Origin: Azolla caroliniana
Lineage: Eukaryota > Plantae > Polypodiophyta
Assembly: GCA_043228905.1 (NCBI GenBank)
Contig: JBHGNT010000012.1
Span: 10,044,001-10,108,000 of the forward strand
Reading direction: 5' to 3'
Length of the DNA: 64,000 nucleotides
In this document: piece by piece, positions 23,758-37,500 of the stretch
How the letters are laid out: each line of letters begins with the position of its first letter
Numbering within the stretch: the stretch's first letter is position 1
The notes under the pieces: model-generated
The model's database searches: none
What the model was told of the DNA's origin: nothing
What the model saw: only the letters and a program-made list of their open reading frames with translations
Position numbers and translations under genes: made by a program

Positions 23758-24106
23758 CAGATTCGGTTTCGGTTGACGAAGCTTGGTTCGGAGTTGACTA
23801 CGAACCTTGTTGGAGTGCAGCCGGTCAACTCACCCGATATCGTTCTAGTCGGATTTGAACCCGAGTCGGTTCGGTTTCGGATATATGTATTGTTGAACTT
23901 GCTCGAATTGACTCCGGTAACTTGAGGGACAGAACTGACTGGTCTTCCCGAATGTTACCGAGTCGGAGTGAGCCCGGTTCGCTTCCGAATATATATGCCA
24001 AATACCGATTATTGAAACCGATTGTCTGGACCGATTCTGCTTCGGGTGACTGCAGCGACGAGAGAGATGGATCCAATTGATCCTCCCAAATGTCGATCAG
24101 CCGGAT

Positions 24107-27100
24107 TGTTGAGAGACAAGCTCAACATCGGCCGGATCGGCTGAAGAAGCCGAGGACCGGATCTGTTGGGACCGATCGGTTAGGCCAAATGCGTAAACCG
24201 ATACGCGGACTGGTGCGTAGGTAGGGCCGGATCGGTGTGTAAACCGGGAGGCTGTTAGGAAAGATATTCCGTGAGGAATATATTTGGGAGTTAGTGTAGG
24301 AGCTCTTAATGAGCATTGAAGTACTGTCAGTACTTCTATCAGTCCTTCTAGGACTTGTATAAATGTGTTCATTGAACACACATATGTATAGTGTGGTAAA
24401 TAGAGATAGAGTACCTTTTTGAATATAGTTCTTGTGTTCTCTCTTTCTCACTCCCTCTGTCTCTCCCGCGTATATTGCGTAAGCTCAAGCTCTCCATTAA
24501 ACCTAAGTTTTCTTCCTTCTGTTCGGTCTTCATACTTGCTTCCGCACGCTACTTTTTACATGGTATCAGAGCGCGAGGGTTGAGAACCTCTTTGCAGCTG
24601 ACACAGCTTGACGAAGAAGAACAAGAAGAACGATGGATAGAAGCATGGCGAGCTCGCTTCCAACAAAGAAGCTCGACAGAACCAACTATGCATCTTGGTC
24701 CTACAAGATGCACCAGTACCTGCTCGGGCACGGCTACTGGAGTTATGTCGAAGGAGCTAATGACGTGGCACCCGAATCGACACACAGAGACTTCCCGTCG
24801 TGGGAGCAATCAGCGAGCAAGGTATTATACTGCTTCGCGTCGTGTGTGGGCGAATAGCTATTGAGCTATGTTCGGGATGCAAAGACGCCGAAGGGTGCAT
24901 GGAAAAACCTGAAGAAGATTTTTGCCGCAAGCACCACAACGAGGAAGTTTCACCTCTGACAAGAGTTGAGCAACCTACGACAACGCGACTTGTCGGTGGT
25001 GGACTATACCTCAAAGATCAAGGATATCTGCGACTCCCTCACCTCCATAGAGGTGAACATCGTGGAGAGCGAGATGGTCTAGATCTGTCTCGGAGGTTTG
25101 GCGTCGAAGTTCGGAGCGTTCCGAACGGCTGTGTGTACCCGGGAGAATACGTCGTCCTTTTTCGACTTACAGTCAATGCTCCTGGTAGAGGAGAACCACG
25201 CGGGTGTGTCTACAAGCATGCACACCGACAGCAGAATGTTGTACACGGAGGGAGATAGGCCCTGTGGACGTGGAGGACGAGGCGAGTCAGCGCGCAATGG
25301 AGGCGGCCGACGAGATCAAGGAGGAAGGCACCGAAGTGATGCCGACAGCAACTCCGGACCCTCCGGAAACAGGGGGAGTCGAAGCGATGAGAACCGGCAA
25401 GGCAAGGCCATCGCGGAATGCTGGTACTGTGGCAAGAAAGGCCACAGGGAAAGTGAGTGCTGGAAGAAGCACGCCGATTCGGAGAGAACCGATTCCGGAA
25501 ACGGCTCCGGACACACCGACAAGGGAAATCGACAGTGATCACACTACGCCGAAGATTCCGGGAGAGCCGGAGAAGGGTCTGCCTTCGTGACGAGACACGA
25601 AGCAAACTCAATGAAACAGACCACCTCGAGATCGGACGAGGTGTGGTACGTAGACTCCAGTGCGTCAAACCATATGACGAGCCATAAGGAGTGGTTCTCG
25701 TACCTTGAAAAACCGATACAACCTGGAGTAGTCGCAACTGGAGACGACACTCCGCATCCGATCGCGAATGTCGGAGAAGTTCCCCTTAGCCATGTCGGGC
25801 AGAAAGGGAAACTCATGAACGTGCTGCACCTTCCGACAATCACGAAGAACTTGGTCTCGGTCGGACAGATCGTCGACCAAGGGATGGAGGTTCGGTTTAC
25901 ACACCTCGGGTGCTTCATTGAGGAAGAAGGCCGTGTGATTGCGTAAGGGCGCAAAGATGGGAGGATGTTCATCCTCGACTCCACTGACGGCGGCACCGCA
26001 ATGTTCGCGAAGGGACAAAAATCCGAGTCGGACATCGACTTGTGGCACAAGCGGATAGGCCACGTCAACTACCAGCAGCTTCAAGATCTGCAATCGAAAC
26101 AGGTAGTGTTTGGATTGCCCAAATTTAGTGACCGAAAGGCACAAATTTGTGAAGCCTGCCAGCTCGGGAAGCAACACCAACTTCCTTTCCCAAACGAGCG
26201 AAACCGGAGCCAGAACAAGCTCGACCTTATACACTCCGATGTGTGGGGGCCGACACAAAACGTTAGTCTTGGCGGGAGTCGATATTTCGTCTCCTTCATC
26301 GACGACCACACGCGGCACACGTGGATCTACCTCATTGAAAGGAAGAGTGAAGTCTTCGACTGTCTCCGGGACGTCAAAGGGTTCGTGGAAACGGAAACAG
26401 GACGAAAGATCAAGTGCCTGCGGTCGGATGGTGGGAAAGAGTACTTTTCCGGTCAATTCAATGGTTATCTACAACAAATGGGAATTCGGCGCGAATTCAA
26501 TTGTAGATACACGCCGGAACAAAACGGCGTGGCCGAGAGGAAGAATCGGTCAGTCGTGGAAGCGGCACGGGCAATGCTGGAGGAGAAGAGCTTGCCCAAG
26601 TTCTACTGGGCTGAGGCGGTAAGGACCGCGGTATACATCCAGAACCGGATCGGAGACAAAGTGTCAGCGCACGAGCTATATTTCGGAACGAAGCCGAACT
26701 TGCAACACTTGAGGGTGTTCGGTAGCATTGCGTATGTGCATGTACCGAAGGAGAAAAGGAGGAAGTTGGACCCAAAGGCCGAGAAATGCATCGTGGTCGG
26801 TTACTCGGACGAGCAGAAGGGTTATAAGTGCTATAACCCTCGTACCAAACAAGCGCGTGTTAGCCGCGACGTTGTGTTTGACGAGTCCGCGTCCTGGTAC
26901 CAGCCCCCGACTCCGAAACCCGACTCCAATCCGAGCTCTGACGATGAGGTCAGCGAGGCCGAGATGCCTCCGGCTGAGCCCGAAATCGAGACCCACGAAG
27001 AGAGTCCGATTTCACTCCGTTTAAGTGGACCGATTGGACGACTGAGTCGGTACGACCAGTCCGATGAAGAGCCGGGGAGTAGTGGAGACTCAGCCGTGCA

Positions 27101-29879
27101 TTCCTCGCGCAGGAAGCCAAGGAGACGGCTTACACGCAAAGAGAAAGGGAAGAAGAAGGTGTCGGATTCTGGCACGAATAGGAACGAGTCAGACCGACGC
27201 GAGTTCGACTCCGAGGGAACCGGTGACGGGTCTTTAAAGGTGAAGTCCGCGTCAACCGAGAAGCCCTCGACATCGGCTAATGCGAGATTACGCCGATCTA
27301 CCCGCCAAAAGAATCCTGTTTTGCGGTTCAGATACAACGAGTACATGGCGCATCATTATGCGTACATGACCCGTGTAGCGGAAGTGCGTGAGCCAGAGAG
27401 CTACGCAGAAGCGGCTAAAGACGCGAATTGGCATGCCCTGATGGAGGAAGAGATGCACGCATTGGCGGAGAACGAGACCTGGGACCTGGTTGACGCACCA
27501 AGAGGGGTAAAACCAATCGGGTGTAGGTGGGTGTACAAGGTCAAGTACAACACCGATGGCTCGGTCAACTAGTACAAGGCTCGGGTAGTGGCGAAGGGCT
27601 ACGCGCAGAAACACGACATCGACTACGATGAGACATTTGCGCCGGTTGCAAAAATGACGATTGTCCATGTTTTACTCGCAGTAGTTGCGGTGAAGGGGTG
27701 GCACTTACATCATATGGATGTAAAGAATGTGTTCCTGCAAGGTGACCTTGAGGAACAGGTGTACATGGTACAAACTCCTCGGTAGTATGCCGACTGAAGA
27801 AGTCCCTTTACGGACTGAAGCAAGCCCCGCGTGCCTGGAATGCGAAGATCACGCAACAACAACGTCAGATGGGCTTCGTCACGTCAAAATCGGACTCTTC
27901 CTTGTTCATCCGGAAAGGTCGACTCGGACCGGTTAGTATTTTACTATATGTTGATGACTTGGTCATCACCGGCGCCGACCTAGGTGAAATCGACCGCGTG
28001 AAGCTCCAGCTTGCGGCATCGTTCAACATGAAGGATCTGGGGGACCTTCATTACTTCCTCGGGATCGAAGTGATCCGTACCCCCGAAGGCATATTGATCA
28101 GCCAACGTCATTACGTGCTGAGTATGCTCTTCAAATTCGGGATGGCCAACTGTAAGTCCGTCTCGACTCCTCTGGACAGAACCGTCAAGCTTCGTCCCGA
28201 TACGGGAAAGGTATGCGACCCGACGAGGTTCCGACAAATTGTCGGAAGCCTCATATACTTGACCATCACCCGACCCGACCTCAGTTATCCGGTCGGAGTG
28301 ATCAGTCAGTTCATGGCGCGACCTACCGAGGAGCACCTTCAATGTGCGCAACGCATACTTCGGTATGTCAATGGCACTAAGGACCGGGGACTGCTATATC
28401 GGACCGGTGCAGCCGCGCAGTTAGTCGGCTACACTGATGCTGATTGGGCTGGCAACGCCGCTGATCGCCGATCCACGTCCGGATACACATTCTCCCTCAG
28501 GAGTGCCGCGATCGCGTGGAGCAGTAAGAAGCAGCCGACAGTTGCACTGTCGAGCACCGAAGTTGTGTACCGAGGAGCGACTGTCGCGACATGCGAAGCC
28601 ATATGGTTGAAGCGACTACTTAAGGACCTGCAAGAGGAGGTGTCAGATCTGACGACGATCTACTGCGACAACCTCAACAACATCCAGCTCGCGAAAAACC
28701 CCGTTTTCCACGCACGGACTAAGCACATTGAGGTGCACTACCATTTCGTCTGTTAGCGTGTTCTTTCCGGTGAAGTTGAACTTTAGTACGTGCCGACGGA
28801 TCGGCAGACTGCTGACATCTTCACTAAGCCTCTTGGTCTGGACAAGTTGCGGCAATTCTCAAGTGCGCTCGGATTGCATCACCTCGACGTGCCAAACTTG
28901 AGGGGGAGAACAGTCTCGAATGACAAAGCAAGGCAGCAGGAAAGGAGCAGAGACTGCGACACCGAGTCGGTTGACTCGATTGTCGAGTTCGACTTCGGAT
29001 CGGCTGAAGAAGCCGAGGGCGGACTCGCGGAAAAGTCCGGAAGCGGACAGAAGGGGAGCAGCTGAAGGAGAGAGCCGAAGCCAACCATGCATGGGGAAGA
29101 TGACGCCATCGAGGGCGAGAAGACCAAAGACAATTTGTAGACAGCCAACTCGGACGAGAGCGAAAACCGATCGAAGGTAGCCGAGTCGGTTCAGATATTT
29201 GATTCAGATACGCTGAATCGATCAAGGCCCAAGCGGAAGAAAAGGCAGCAGGAGAAGCGTCAACACCGCAACAGCAGAAGAGCTGATAAGGGCCACATGA
29301 GAAGACAAGCCGACCGGAAGGGTCGAAGCGTGCGGAGTCGAACATGTCCAGGAGCGCGAGCGAGGCGTGAAGCCAGGAGGAACCGGAGTTGTGAGCTCGA
29401 AGATCCCGATGAACCTCAAGTTGAGCTTGAGGGGGAGTGTTGAGAGACAAGCTCAACATCGGCTGGATCGGCTGAAGAAGCCGAGGACCGGATCTGTTGG
29501 GACCGATCGGTTAGGCCGAATGCGTAAACCGGTGCGTAGGTAGGGCCGGATCGGTACGTAAACCGGGAGGCCGTTAGGAAAGATATTCCGTGAGGAATAT
29601 ATTTGGGAGTTAGTGTAGGAGCTCTTAATGACCATTGAAGTACTGTCAGTACTTCTGTCAGTCCTTCTAGGACTTGTATAAAAGTGTTCATTGAACACAC
29701 ATATGTATAGTGTGGTAAATAGAGATTGAGTACCTTTTTGAATATAGTTCTTGTGTTCTCTCTCTCTCACTCCCTCTGTCTCTCCCGCGTATATTGCGTA
29801 AGCTCAAGCTCTCCAATAAACCTAAGTTTTCTTCCTTTTGTTCGGTCTTCATACTTGCTTCCGCACGCTACTTTTTACA
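24107..29879 (+). mobile_element. Complete Ty1/Copia element G nested in the 5' leader of E
   Basis: LTRs 24107-24560 and 29438-29879 (about 12 substitutions plus a 12-bp indel), TSD CGGAT, PBS TGGTATCAGAGC 24561-24572, PPT TTGAGGGGGAG 29427-29437. Confidence 0.97.
24645..29065 (+). pseudogene. gag-pol: gag-pol of Copia G, disrupted
   Basis: MASSLPTKKLDRTNYASW; CWYCGKKGHRESEC; YVDSSASNHMT; IHSDVWGP; LYVDD; YTDADWAG. In-frame stops and a deletion near 27783. Confidence 0.93.
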
Positions 29880-30563
29880 CGGATGAAGCACGAATTGGGG
29901 TTGTTGTCTTGAGACCGATCTGCACCGAGTGGTTACAACGGGCGGCGAGCAGCGTTCGGTGACCTGTTCGGATGCCGTTTAACCGAGTAGAGCACGATTG
30001 TGTCAATGTTGCACAAGGGGATTTCATCTCGAGCGGTTACGATCACGAGGAACAGAGTACAGCCGGCTGGCTTACTCCAAGCGAAGATGATCTAACGCGA
30101 TGAGATGCAAGCCTCGTTTTTCTTCTGCTTCTCTCTTCTCTGTTTCTTCAAATACAAACAAAAAAAACAGAATGTTGTGATCCAAAGATTCGAATGGCGG
30201 CCGACAGCGGGATGAAGGACATCCAAGATCTAATACCAAATGTAGGGAATGAACAAGGCCGTCAGTGCAGAAGAGATCACACAATATGAATCTGTGAGGA
30301 AGAAATACCTGCGTATGAGAGAGGCAAGAAAAAATAAAGTACAGAGAGAGAGAGAGAGAGAGAGGCACAAAGAATATATCTATATTCATAAAGGGGCAAC
30401 CGTTACAACAATGAACAACCAACCTTTACAAAAGGTTACAAAGTCACTTTATATAGTGACTCACTTAGGGCAACTGCCCTTTATGTTATTTACAGAAATA
30501 GCACGAACTTGGGCTCTCTAAGAGGATAGTGTGAATACGTCCATTATACATTTGTATTCGACA

Positions 30564-31035
30564 CCATGTGTCATTGGCATCGCTTACCCGCATCTCTTCC
30601 TCCATTGCGACACGCCATTTCGCGGCTTTTTCCGCCTCTACGTAGCTCTCCGGCTCACGCACAACACCACCTTTCCCATGTACGCATAATGATGCGCCAT
30701 GTACTCATTATACCCATACCATTTGACGGGGTTCTTCTAGCGGGTTGATCAACGTAACTTCTCGTTTCCCGATTTTAAGGCTCTCTTGGCCGACTCGGAT
30801 TTCGTAACCGAAGGTCCGTCTTCATTCCTTCCGTAGTCAGATTCCCTCCGATTCGACTTGTCTCTACAATATGTCATCTTCTTCTTTCCTTTTTCTTTGC
30901 GCATGAACTGTCTCTTTGGTTCCTTACATGGGGAAAGCGCGACCGAGTCTCCATTATTCACAAGCTCTTCATCTCATTGTTCAATCCTACCCAATCGCTC
31001 ATTCGGCCCAGTTAGCCTGAATGAAATCAAACTCT
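30564..31035 (-). pseudogene. Copia fragment F, right part (INT-RT linker)
   Basis: Resumes after TSD CCATG; YNEYMAHHYAYM and RKEKGKKK motifs as in G. Confidence 0.82.
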
Positions 31036-31501
31036 ATATAACATATTAGGGAAGTCTCCATAAAGGCATCCATAAATATGGAATTCTAATCAGTAAGACC
31101 TTACTTCCTATGTGGCGTGAATAAGGTCATGTACACAATCTATATGACATATTAGGCAATGTGTAAAATGAAAACTAATGATATGACAACTTCATACGTA
31201 ATATGGGTTAAGGCCCTCCGACAATAATGTATAATGACAAGCTGATTGTTTGTTGACCTTAGGTCTCCATGATTAGAACGTGGACTTCTAACCGCTACAA
31301 TACAACCATCAAATGATCTTCAATTTAAAACAATCCTTGTTGGGACGAACATATGATAGGAACCTTTGTTGGGGATGGTTGATCGTACTGTTTTCCTCAA
31401 ATTAAACTGTTATGGTTCTTGGTATTTGCAACCAATTTCCTATCTCAAATCCATTGGGATTCGAATCATCTTTAGAAATTAATATAGACTTTCCCTTTTG
31501 G

Positions 31502-31573
31502 TGTGGTTCGTGGGATTCAAGCCCTGGTCTCCACGGCCACAACGTGGAATTCTAACCACTAAACTAGAACCAC
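31502..31573 (-). tRNA. tRNA-His: tRNA-His(GTG)-like copy (probably pseudogene)
   Basis: Perfect anticodon arm CCACG-TTGTGGC-CGTGG; acceptor GTGGTTC/GAACCAC pairs; T arm damaged; encoded CCA at 31499-31501. Confidence 0.7.
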
Positions 31574-32413
31574 TGAGTTTGTATTGCCAAATTGGAAGTA
31601 AGTCTTCACAACCGCAACATGGACTTGTAACCACTAAGTACTGCCTTCAAATGTTGCATGCCTAAATTCATAGCTACACTCTATATAACATATTAGGCAA
31701 ATCTCCATCAAGGCATCCATAAATATGGAATTCTAATCGCTAAGACTTGACTTCCTATGTGGCGTGAATAAGTTCATGTACACAATATATATGACATGTG
31801 AGGCAAGTCTTGATAACGCCATGGACAAATACATGTGCACATTCTATATGAAATATGACCCAAGATTGCACTTGTGAAATTATTGTGCAATGTGGAAAAA
31901 GACAACAAATGATATTCCAACTTCATACCCTACCGAATTCAGAATGTAACAGTTTTCAGACTTGAATGTACATTGAATTTCGGTGACTTGAATGGGATTC
32001 ATGCACAACTCTTGACTGCGACGACCTCGAATTTTAACCATTGAGTCAATTTTTTTGCTCAAATTAATTATTATGGTTGTTTTCGTTTGCAAACACAAAG
32101 CTATGTACACATTTGATACGTAACATCGGTCAAGGCCCTCCGACAACAATGTATAATGCAAAGCTCATTGTTTGTCGAGCTTAGGTCTCCATGACAATAA
32201 CGTGGACTTCTAACGACTAAAGTACAACCATCAAATGCTTTCCAATTGAAAACAATCTTGGTTGGGACGAACATTTGAAAGGAAGCTTTGTTGGGGATGG
32301 TTGGTCACAGTTTTTTGCTCAAATTAAATTGTTATGGTTCTTGCAACCAACTTCCTATCTCATATCTATTGGGATTTGAACCATTTTACAAGTTGATATA
32401 GAATTACTCTTGG

Positions 32414-32482
32414 TGTGGTTGTGATTCGAGCCTAGGTTTCCATGGCTGCAACATGGAATTCTAACCACTAAACAAGAAACAC
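32414..32482 (-). pseudogene. tRNA-His pseudogene
   Basis: Colinear match with 3-nt deletion in the T stem and mutated anticodon; encoded CCA at 32411-32413. Confidence 0.78.
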
Positions 32483-32876
32483 GGAGTTTGTATTGCCAAA
32501 TTGGTACACAGTCTTCACAACTTTGCAACATGGAGTTGTAACCACTACGTACTGACTTCCCATGTTGCATGTATAAATTCATAGCTACATTGTATATAAC
32601 ATATTAGGGAAGTATCCATAAAGCCATCCATAAATATGGACTTCTAATCACTAAGACTTGACTTCCTATGTGGCGTGAATAAAGTCATTTACACAATCTA
32701 TGTGACATATGACGCAAGTCTCGATTAAGCCATAGGCAAATACATGTGCACATTCTATATGAAATACGAGCCAAGATTGCACTTGTGAAATTATTGTGCA
32801 ATGTGGAAAATGAAAACTAATGATATTCCAACTTCATACCCTGCCGAATTCAAAATTTAACAGTTTTCGCACGTGA

Positions 32877-33425
32877 TTTATTCTCTCCTTCCTGTTCTTT
32901 ACTGGGTGTTAGGGTTTGTTTATGAGCGTCACTCGTCAGCAACAGAGAATTCTCAACCCTCATGCTCGGATACCATGTAAAAAAACTATTGTGCGGAAGC
33001 GTAGACAAAACCGGCTACTCCGGATAATAGCAGAACATAGAATGAAGGTTTAATGGAAAGCTTGAGTACACAGGAGAGACAGAGAGAGCAGAACAGAACT
33101 CAATTCAAAATAATAACACTCTATACATACAAATGTCCTACTGAACACTTTTTATACAAATCCTTGAACGGATTGACAGAAGTATTGAGATGTACTTCAA
33201 TGTTCATACGAGCGACTAACACTAACTCCAAGGAATATGCCTATGTACTAGGCTTGGACTATAAGCTCCAACGGCCTACCAGTTCTCACTATTTTGGAGT
33301 ACGATCCAATTCTCCGGTTCGGCTCTAAGTTTCGGACACTGATCTATCCGGACACTGATCCGGTTCTCTGCTCCGGCTTTGGCTTATTCACCGATCCCGA
33401 TCCAGTTGAGTTTGCCCGCTCAACC
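32877..33425 (-). mobile_element. Truncated Copia N: 5' LTR (32976-33425), PBS and 100 bp of leader
   Basis: PBS TGGTATCCGAGC 32964-32975 abutting ...TTTTTACA; LTR resembles the G-family LTR. Confidence 0.8.
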
Positions 33426-33907
33426 TTTTGGAACCATTTTTTCCATGGGTTATCTAGGTTTAACTTATGTTATCGAGCCTTAGAACTCGAGTAAAACCAC
33501 ATGAATTCCCCTATTCATGTTTTACTCATAGATTTGAGTACATCTTTGTGCACAACACCACCACCACCACTTGTATCAACTTGTGACTTATGTCATACTT
33601 GTGCAAATTACAACCACCAAATAGGGATAGATATGTGCATACCTCGCACCATCCATTTATTTGTGGCAAATTTGTTTAGTAGAAAACACATGGTTTTTTG
33701 AACCTTGTTTTCGTCACTTCTTGACTCTTATAGGTAGTGACTTTTTTTCTCTTTTTTTCATAACATTTACTTGCACCTCGCAAGACTAGAATATTACTTG
33801 CGAGTGTACTTGTTTTTGCATGTAATACACTTTTTCGACCATATCAATATATGTTGAGTTGACATTTTAATATAAGGCTGACTGAGAAATTACATGGATG
33901 CTAGAAC

Positions 33908-34070
33908 CATGGTTGAGCCTTGGGGAGCCGCCATGATTATTCAAGATAGAGATCCGAGAAAGACATCTTTGCTATGTTTTCCCCCATGGTTTTTAAAACA
34001 CCATAGTGTTACCATAGTTATCGGATCTCGAATCACACTTCATATGTCTAGAGGGGTAATGACGTGAGAT
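33908..34070 (+). promoter_or_regulatory. Conserved structured RNA element in Gypsy D leader
   Basis: Homologous to the reverse complement of 1393-1552; stem GAGATCCGA (33949-33957)/TCGGATCTC (34021-34029) with compensatory changes. Confidence 0.62.
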
Positions 34071-34549
34071 GCTTTCTTGGATAAAGTTCTTCCAATCAAA
34101 ATTTCAAGCATTCATTCTCCTTGTGTATTTTTTGAACCTCCTTATTTATATTGCCTACACAGAGCTTGCATCACGGAACATATTTTGAACACGGTTGAAG
34201 CGATCTCTCTGACTGAGACCTCTCAACTCCAATCCACATCTCGCACACAACCTGAGATCACTATTGAGCAATTTCTCACTACTGCGTTCAATCAATTGAC
34301 CGAAATGAGGCAAGCCAATATGGATTTGGAAAAGAAATTCCAAGAATTGACTATTGAGTCAAAGAAAGAAGGTGAACGTTCTTTCATAGTCACGCCATTC
34401 AAGGGAGATAAGAAAGAAAGAATCGAGGAGACCATTAGAACTTGGCTTGGTCGTTGGGAGTCTCACTTTGAGCTCCATCCCAAACCCGATGCTGTAAAAA
34501 TTGGTTATGTTAGTCATGAGTTAGGTGGCCGAGCTGCTGCTTGGTGGTG

Positions 34550-37500
34550 TGTAAAGAATCGGATATGAATTCTTGTGAAGCGGAAGAGATGTGAGTTATG
34601 TGTGTGTGTAAGAGAGAGAGAGAGAGACAAGAAATACGCAAGGTAAAAATATATTGACAAAGGAGAAAGACTTAACATTATACAAGATGGGAGGAGGGTG
34701 CTTTATGTAGTCACTCTCTCTCTTCATTAACTACAAGGCTCATGGAGCATGGGGAATGTGAAAGCTCATAAGTTATGTGTCATAGAATATGATTCTATGA
34801 CTCATACTAAATGCTAGAATACAAAGTGGTGACATAATGGTGACTCTTGACCGTTGAGGTGTCTCTTCACTCTCAAGGTGAGTTCACACACTAGACCAAG
34901 TTGAGCTTGATTCTCAACACGCCCCCTCAAGCTCAAGTCGGGTCCGTTTCAAACGGTATCTGAAATCCGCTTCAATTCACGATCGGGAGTCCGCGTCGAC
35001 TCGCTTTATGCGGAGTTGCAGAATCCGTGCTCCAGCTTGCGTTGTGCGTAGTTGCGAAGTCTGCGCTTCGGCTTGCGGCTTTCTTTGCGGCTTTGTTGCG
35101 TGGTTGCGGAATCCACGCGTTATTGCGTAGTGCGCGGTTGCAGAATCTACGCGTTATTGCGTAGTGTCTTCAGTACTCCCCCTCAAGCTTGGCAAGTCAG
35201 GGATCGTCAATCCGAGATCGGTCATGAATTGCCATAGCTTGTTGGCTCCTAAGGATTTAGTAAAGATGTCGGCCATTTGAAGATTTGTGCTAATGTGTTG
35301 TAGGTCAACATCGCCAGCTAGAACGCGCTCTCGGATGAAGTGATTGTGCAGTTTGATGTGCTTTGTCCGCGCGTGGAACACCGGGTTCCGAGCCAGATAG
35401 ATACTGCTCATGTTGTCGCAGTAAAGGGAGGTCAGATCCTTGATGGGTACGCCCAGATCCTTCAAAATCCTCTTGAGCCATACGGCTTCACACGTAGCTA
35501 CGGCTGCGCCCCTGTATTCCGCCTCCGTACTCGAAAGAGCGACGGTAGGCTGCTTCTTGCTACTCCAGGATATTGCTCCACTGCCGAGGGAGAAAACAAA
35601 TCCGGAGGTTGATCTTCTATTAGCTTTGTAGCCAGCCCAATCGGCGTCTGTGTACCCCTCGAGTCGTATTGGCATTTCGGTCTTGTAGAGGATGCTGCAA
35701 TCCATTGTGCCGCTCACGTACCGTAGAACTCGCTTAGCGCAATCCAAGTGAGTATCACGCGGTGTTTGCATGAATTGGCTAAGGAGACCGACTGGATAAC
35801 TGAGATCAGGTCGTGTGATCGTGAGGTAGATGAGACTCCCGATGAGTTGCCGATACTGAGTCGGCTCACACGCTTTGGTGGCGGAGTTCGCATTTAGTTT
35901 GAGATTACAATCGAGCGGGGTTGCCACGAATTTGCACTTAGCCATCCCGAACTTGTATAACAAGTTGAGGATGTAGTGTTGTTGAGAGATCATGATTCCG
36001 GCCGGAGTCCGAATTACCTCGATGCCGAGGAAGTAGTGGAGCTCCTTCATGTCCGTCATCTCGAACTTGTCGGAAAGGAGGGATCTGACCTTAGTGATTT
36101 CGATGAGATGCTCACCTCCAATGACTAGGTCATCCACATATAAGATGATGACGATCGGACTTGCGGAATCGCTTCGAATGTAGAGGGAGTTGTCCGATTT
36201 TGACATACGGAAGCCAATTTGATTAAGATATTGCGTTATCTTCGAATGTCAAGCACACGGTGCTTGCTTGAGGCCGTAGAGTGGCTTCTTGAATCGGCAT
36301 ACGGCTTTTGGATGAGTGCTCGAGTTAAAGCCGGGTGGTTGGATCATGTACACCTCCTCTTCTAATTCGCCTTGTAGAAAGTCGTTCTTGACGTCCATTT
36401 GATGGAGGTGCCACCCTTTCGCCGCGGCAATCGCAATTATAGTCCGTACCGTCATCATCTTTGCCACCGGGACAAAGGGCTCTTCGTAGTCGACGCCATG
36501 CGTCTGAGCGTATCCTTTCGCTACGAGTCGAGCTTTGTAGCGGTTTATGGAGCCATCGGCGTTATACTTCACCTTGTAGATCCATCTGCATCCGATCGCC
36601 TTTTTGTGTGGTGAGGTGGGAACGAGATCCACGTCTCGTTCTTCCGTAGTGCCTGCATCTCCTCGTTCATTGCTTCGATCCATCGCGGGTCCTTCGCGGC
36701 TTCCGAAAAGGTTTCCGGCTCCCGTACTGTCACTACCTTCATCATAAAGGCATAATGGTACGCCATGTAATCGTTGTAGCCGAATCGGCTTATGGGTTTC
36801 TTTTCATGAGTGGATCGGCGGAGCTTTTCATTTGCAAAGATGAGGGCTTTCTTGGCTCCGATTGGTACCTCGAAACCGCCGAACTCACTGTCGAGTGAGT
36901 GAGTCGATTCATCGTTGTCGAAGCGATCGTCTTCATATTCCGCCATTTTCGCCTTGCCTTTGTCCATCTTCGGGCTAGGCCGTGATGTGCTTTGATCGCT
37001 CAAAGGCTCTTGTGGTCCGCTTAGTCGGGTCGTGATCGGACTTTCTTCGAACATGCACATAAGATGATCTTCATCCTCTATCTCTTGTTCGGTGGATTCC
37101 GGGTCGAGCAGAGTCGGAGGCGAAGTTGTCTCTGGTGCGTACCAGGATGCGGACTCGTCAAAGACGACGTCTCGACTTACCCGAGATTTTCGAGTTGAGG
37201 GGTTGTAGCACTTGTACCCCTTTTGCTCCAATGAGTATCCTACGAGGATACATTTCTCCGACTTCGGGTCGAGCTTTTGATGCTTCTCATCGGGGATGTG
37301 CACGTACGCAATGGAGCCGAATATCCGAACATGTGATAGGTTCGGCTTCCTTCCGAAGAATCTTTCGTGCGGAGTGACCTCGTGCACGTTGGATGTTGTG
37401 CACCGGTTCATTAGGTAGACGGCCGTATTTGCCGCTTCGGCCCAATATGACTTGGGCATATGCTTCTCGTTCATCATGGCCCGTGCTACTTCGAGGATGT

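Larger units (their letters stand above)
19215..30563 (-). mobile_element. Complete Ty1/Copia element E (contains nested G)
   Basis: 323-bp LTRs 19215-19537 and 30241-30563 (about 9 substitutions), TSD CCATG both sides, PPT 19538-19544, PBS TGGTATTAGA next to 30241. Confidence 0.96.
31031..32876 (-). repeat. tRNA-His-derived satellite, block 2 (~2 monomers, 912-bp period)
   Basis: Same motifs and orientation as 3431-5939; tRNA copies at 31502 and 32414. Confidence 0.92.
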
